64,000 nt of DNA from NCBI GenBank assembly GCA_002104905.1, contig MCFE01000050.1, positions 62,001-126,000 on the forward strand, read 5' to 3'. Below, one piece after another: positions 62,872 through 64,000 of this stretch. Source of the DNA: Basidiobolus meristosporus CBS 931.73 (lineage: Eukaryota > Fungi > Basidiobolomycota). Position 1 is the stretch's first letter. The number at the start of each line of letters is the position of its first letter. The position numbers and the translations under genes were made by a program. The notes beneath the pieces are model-generated. The model did not search any database. It was not told where the DNA came from and saw only the letters and a list, made by a program, of their open reading frames with translations.

Positions 62872-64000
62872 GATGGTGTGCTAGACTTTGGACAGCTTCT
62901 TGAATATTAGTCCACTTTTCATTATTGCACTCAATGCCTTTACAGATCTTCAATGTCTTTTGATTTTTAGGCTTTGGTATAAATACCACATTATCTCCCT
63001 CCAATGCTGTGATAGGTTTTTCTGTGGGCTTTATCTTTGGGGACTGTTGTTATGCTTCAAAGACTATATGCTGTTCCTCTGCTGTTACATCAGGAAATGG
63101 CTCAATTCTTGGCTGTGACATTCAGCTACTTGAGTTCCTTCTTTGCAGCAAAAATACTGCTTTCTCTACCTGGGATATTGATTACTCTACATGTATTATG
63201 TGCTCATCCTGATCCTGGACTATTTCCTGATTTCTCTGGGCCATTGCATCTATCCTATCAGCCACTGCACCTAATTGCTTCATTAGTGCTTTGATATGAG
63301 CTGACAACATACTTGCTAATGTGGGTGCTGGTGATGTTATAACAGCCACTTGATGGTCTTCAACTGAGGGTACGGCGTATGCCACATTCTCATCTGCCTG
63401 AGCATAATGGTCAGCTTGTGGCTCCACAGAGGTTCTCAATTGTGTACTTGACTGAGAGCCTGAGGAGTCCACATTATTACCTTCAATGGGCACACTATTC
63501 ACAGGACTTATTTTGGATGTAGCCCTGCTTGTTGCACTGAATGTCAAAGCAAGCTGTTGTCCAACCATTCTTCAGTTGCTGTCAGAGGTGGGGTTTGGTT
63601 GAGAACCAGACAACTTTGCTTTATTTTTTGGCAGAATATATATGGAAGTGAGTCAATCCAAAGGGGAAATAGTGTTACGCATACATGTGTATGTGGTGCC
63701 AAAACTTCATTTATAATGCTTACTATGGTGGGTCATCATTGAATCTTACATTCATGCAGGTGCAATGTCTCAAATACAAGACTGACTTAAATTGACATGA
63801 TTATTGACCAAAAAGTGATATAATAGGACTATGTTGTTGAAGGCCAAACTGTTTACCCCATCAAGAAGACTACTTTGACTCAACACCATAAGAAAAGTGA
63901 AAAAAGATCATGTGGCTATTGTAGTAAGCTGTTCAGCCATGAAGCACAAACACAGCATAGGAAGTATTACAAGGATCATGGCCAGTGTTTTGCAACACAA

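Larger units (their letters stand above)
59965..64000 (+). mobile_element. CACTA-like copy P4, running off the window end
   Basis: CCCTATGAAAAATTATTG at 59965; colinear with 5034-7790, including accessory ORF (-) and the transposase start (CGYCSKLFSHE); interrupted at 61600-62871. Confidence 0.88.

Noticed and set aside
4495-64000. Many small Cys-rich or hydrophobic ORFs as candidate effectors or membrane peptides
   Set aside because: They lie in alternative frames or antisense strands of TE copies; CpG-to-TpG change inflates Cys codons; no signal-peptide evidence.
2900-64000. Classical RIP
   Set aside because: Diagnostic changes seen by eye are at CpG, and CpA/TpG remain abundant; no formal index was computed.
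1-64000. Starship, Helitron, DIRS/tyrosine-recombinase, endogenous virus, rRNA or tRNA genes
   Set aside because: No recognisable motifs; nearly all sequence beyond 2.9 kb is accounted for by the listed families.

Overview
Eukaryotic, most likely fungal, DNA (inferred from 64-73 nt GT-AG introns and the transposon families present). The first ~2.5 kb is GC- and CpG-rich and holds the 3' part of a spliced gene for a multi-pass membrane protein. The remaining ~61 kb is a nested stack of mostly dead transposons with strong CpG depletion: (i) at least 8 pieces of a CACTA/EnSpm-like DNA transposon with CCCTATGAAAA ends, a Tnp2-type transposase and a divergent accessory ORF; (ii) two near-complete Ty1/Copia insertions with 5-bp TSDs, a 5'-truncated Copia of a second family and further Copia relics; (iii) two Ty3/Gypsy families (called G and C here) with several solo LTRs; (iv) a 3.4-kb PIF/Harbinger-superfamily (PHIS) element with an ACT TSD, the only uninterrupted transposase ORF in the window and a divergent Myb/SANT-like ORF; (v) a 734-bp almost fully palindromic fold-back element sharing that element's termini and TSD; (vi) a 1.27-kb TG...CA insertion with a G-rich minisatellite. 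No rRNA, tRNA, CRISPR array or prokaryotic system was seen. The best leads are the PHIS element plus its fold-back partner, an apparent nCGn target preference of Gypsy family G, CpG islands inside otherwise CpG-erased elements, and nonsense codons shared by independent Copia insertions. All boundaries, counts and alignments were done by eye; no database search was run, so novelty is unverified.
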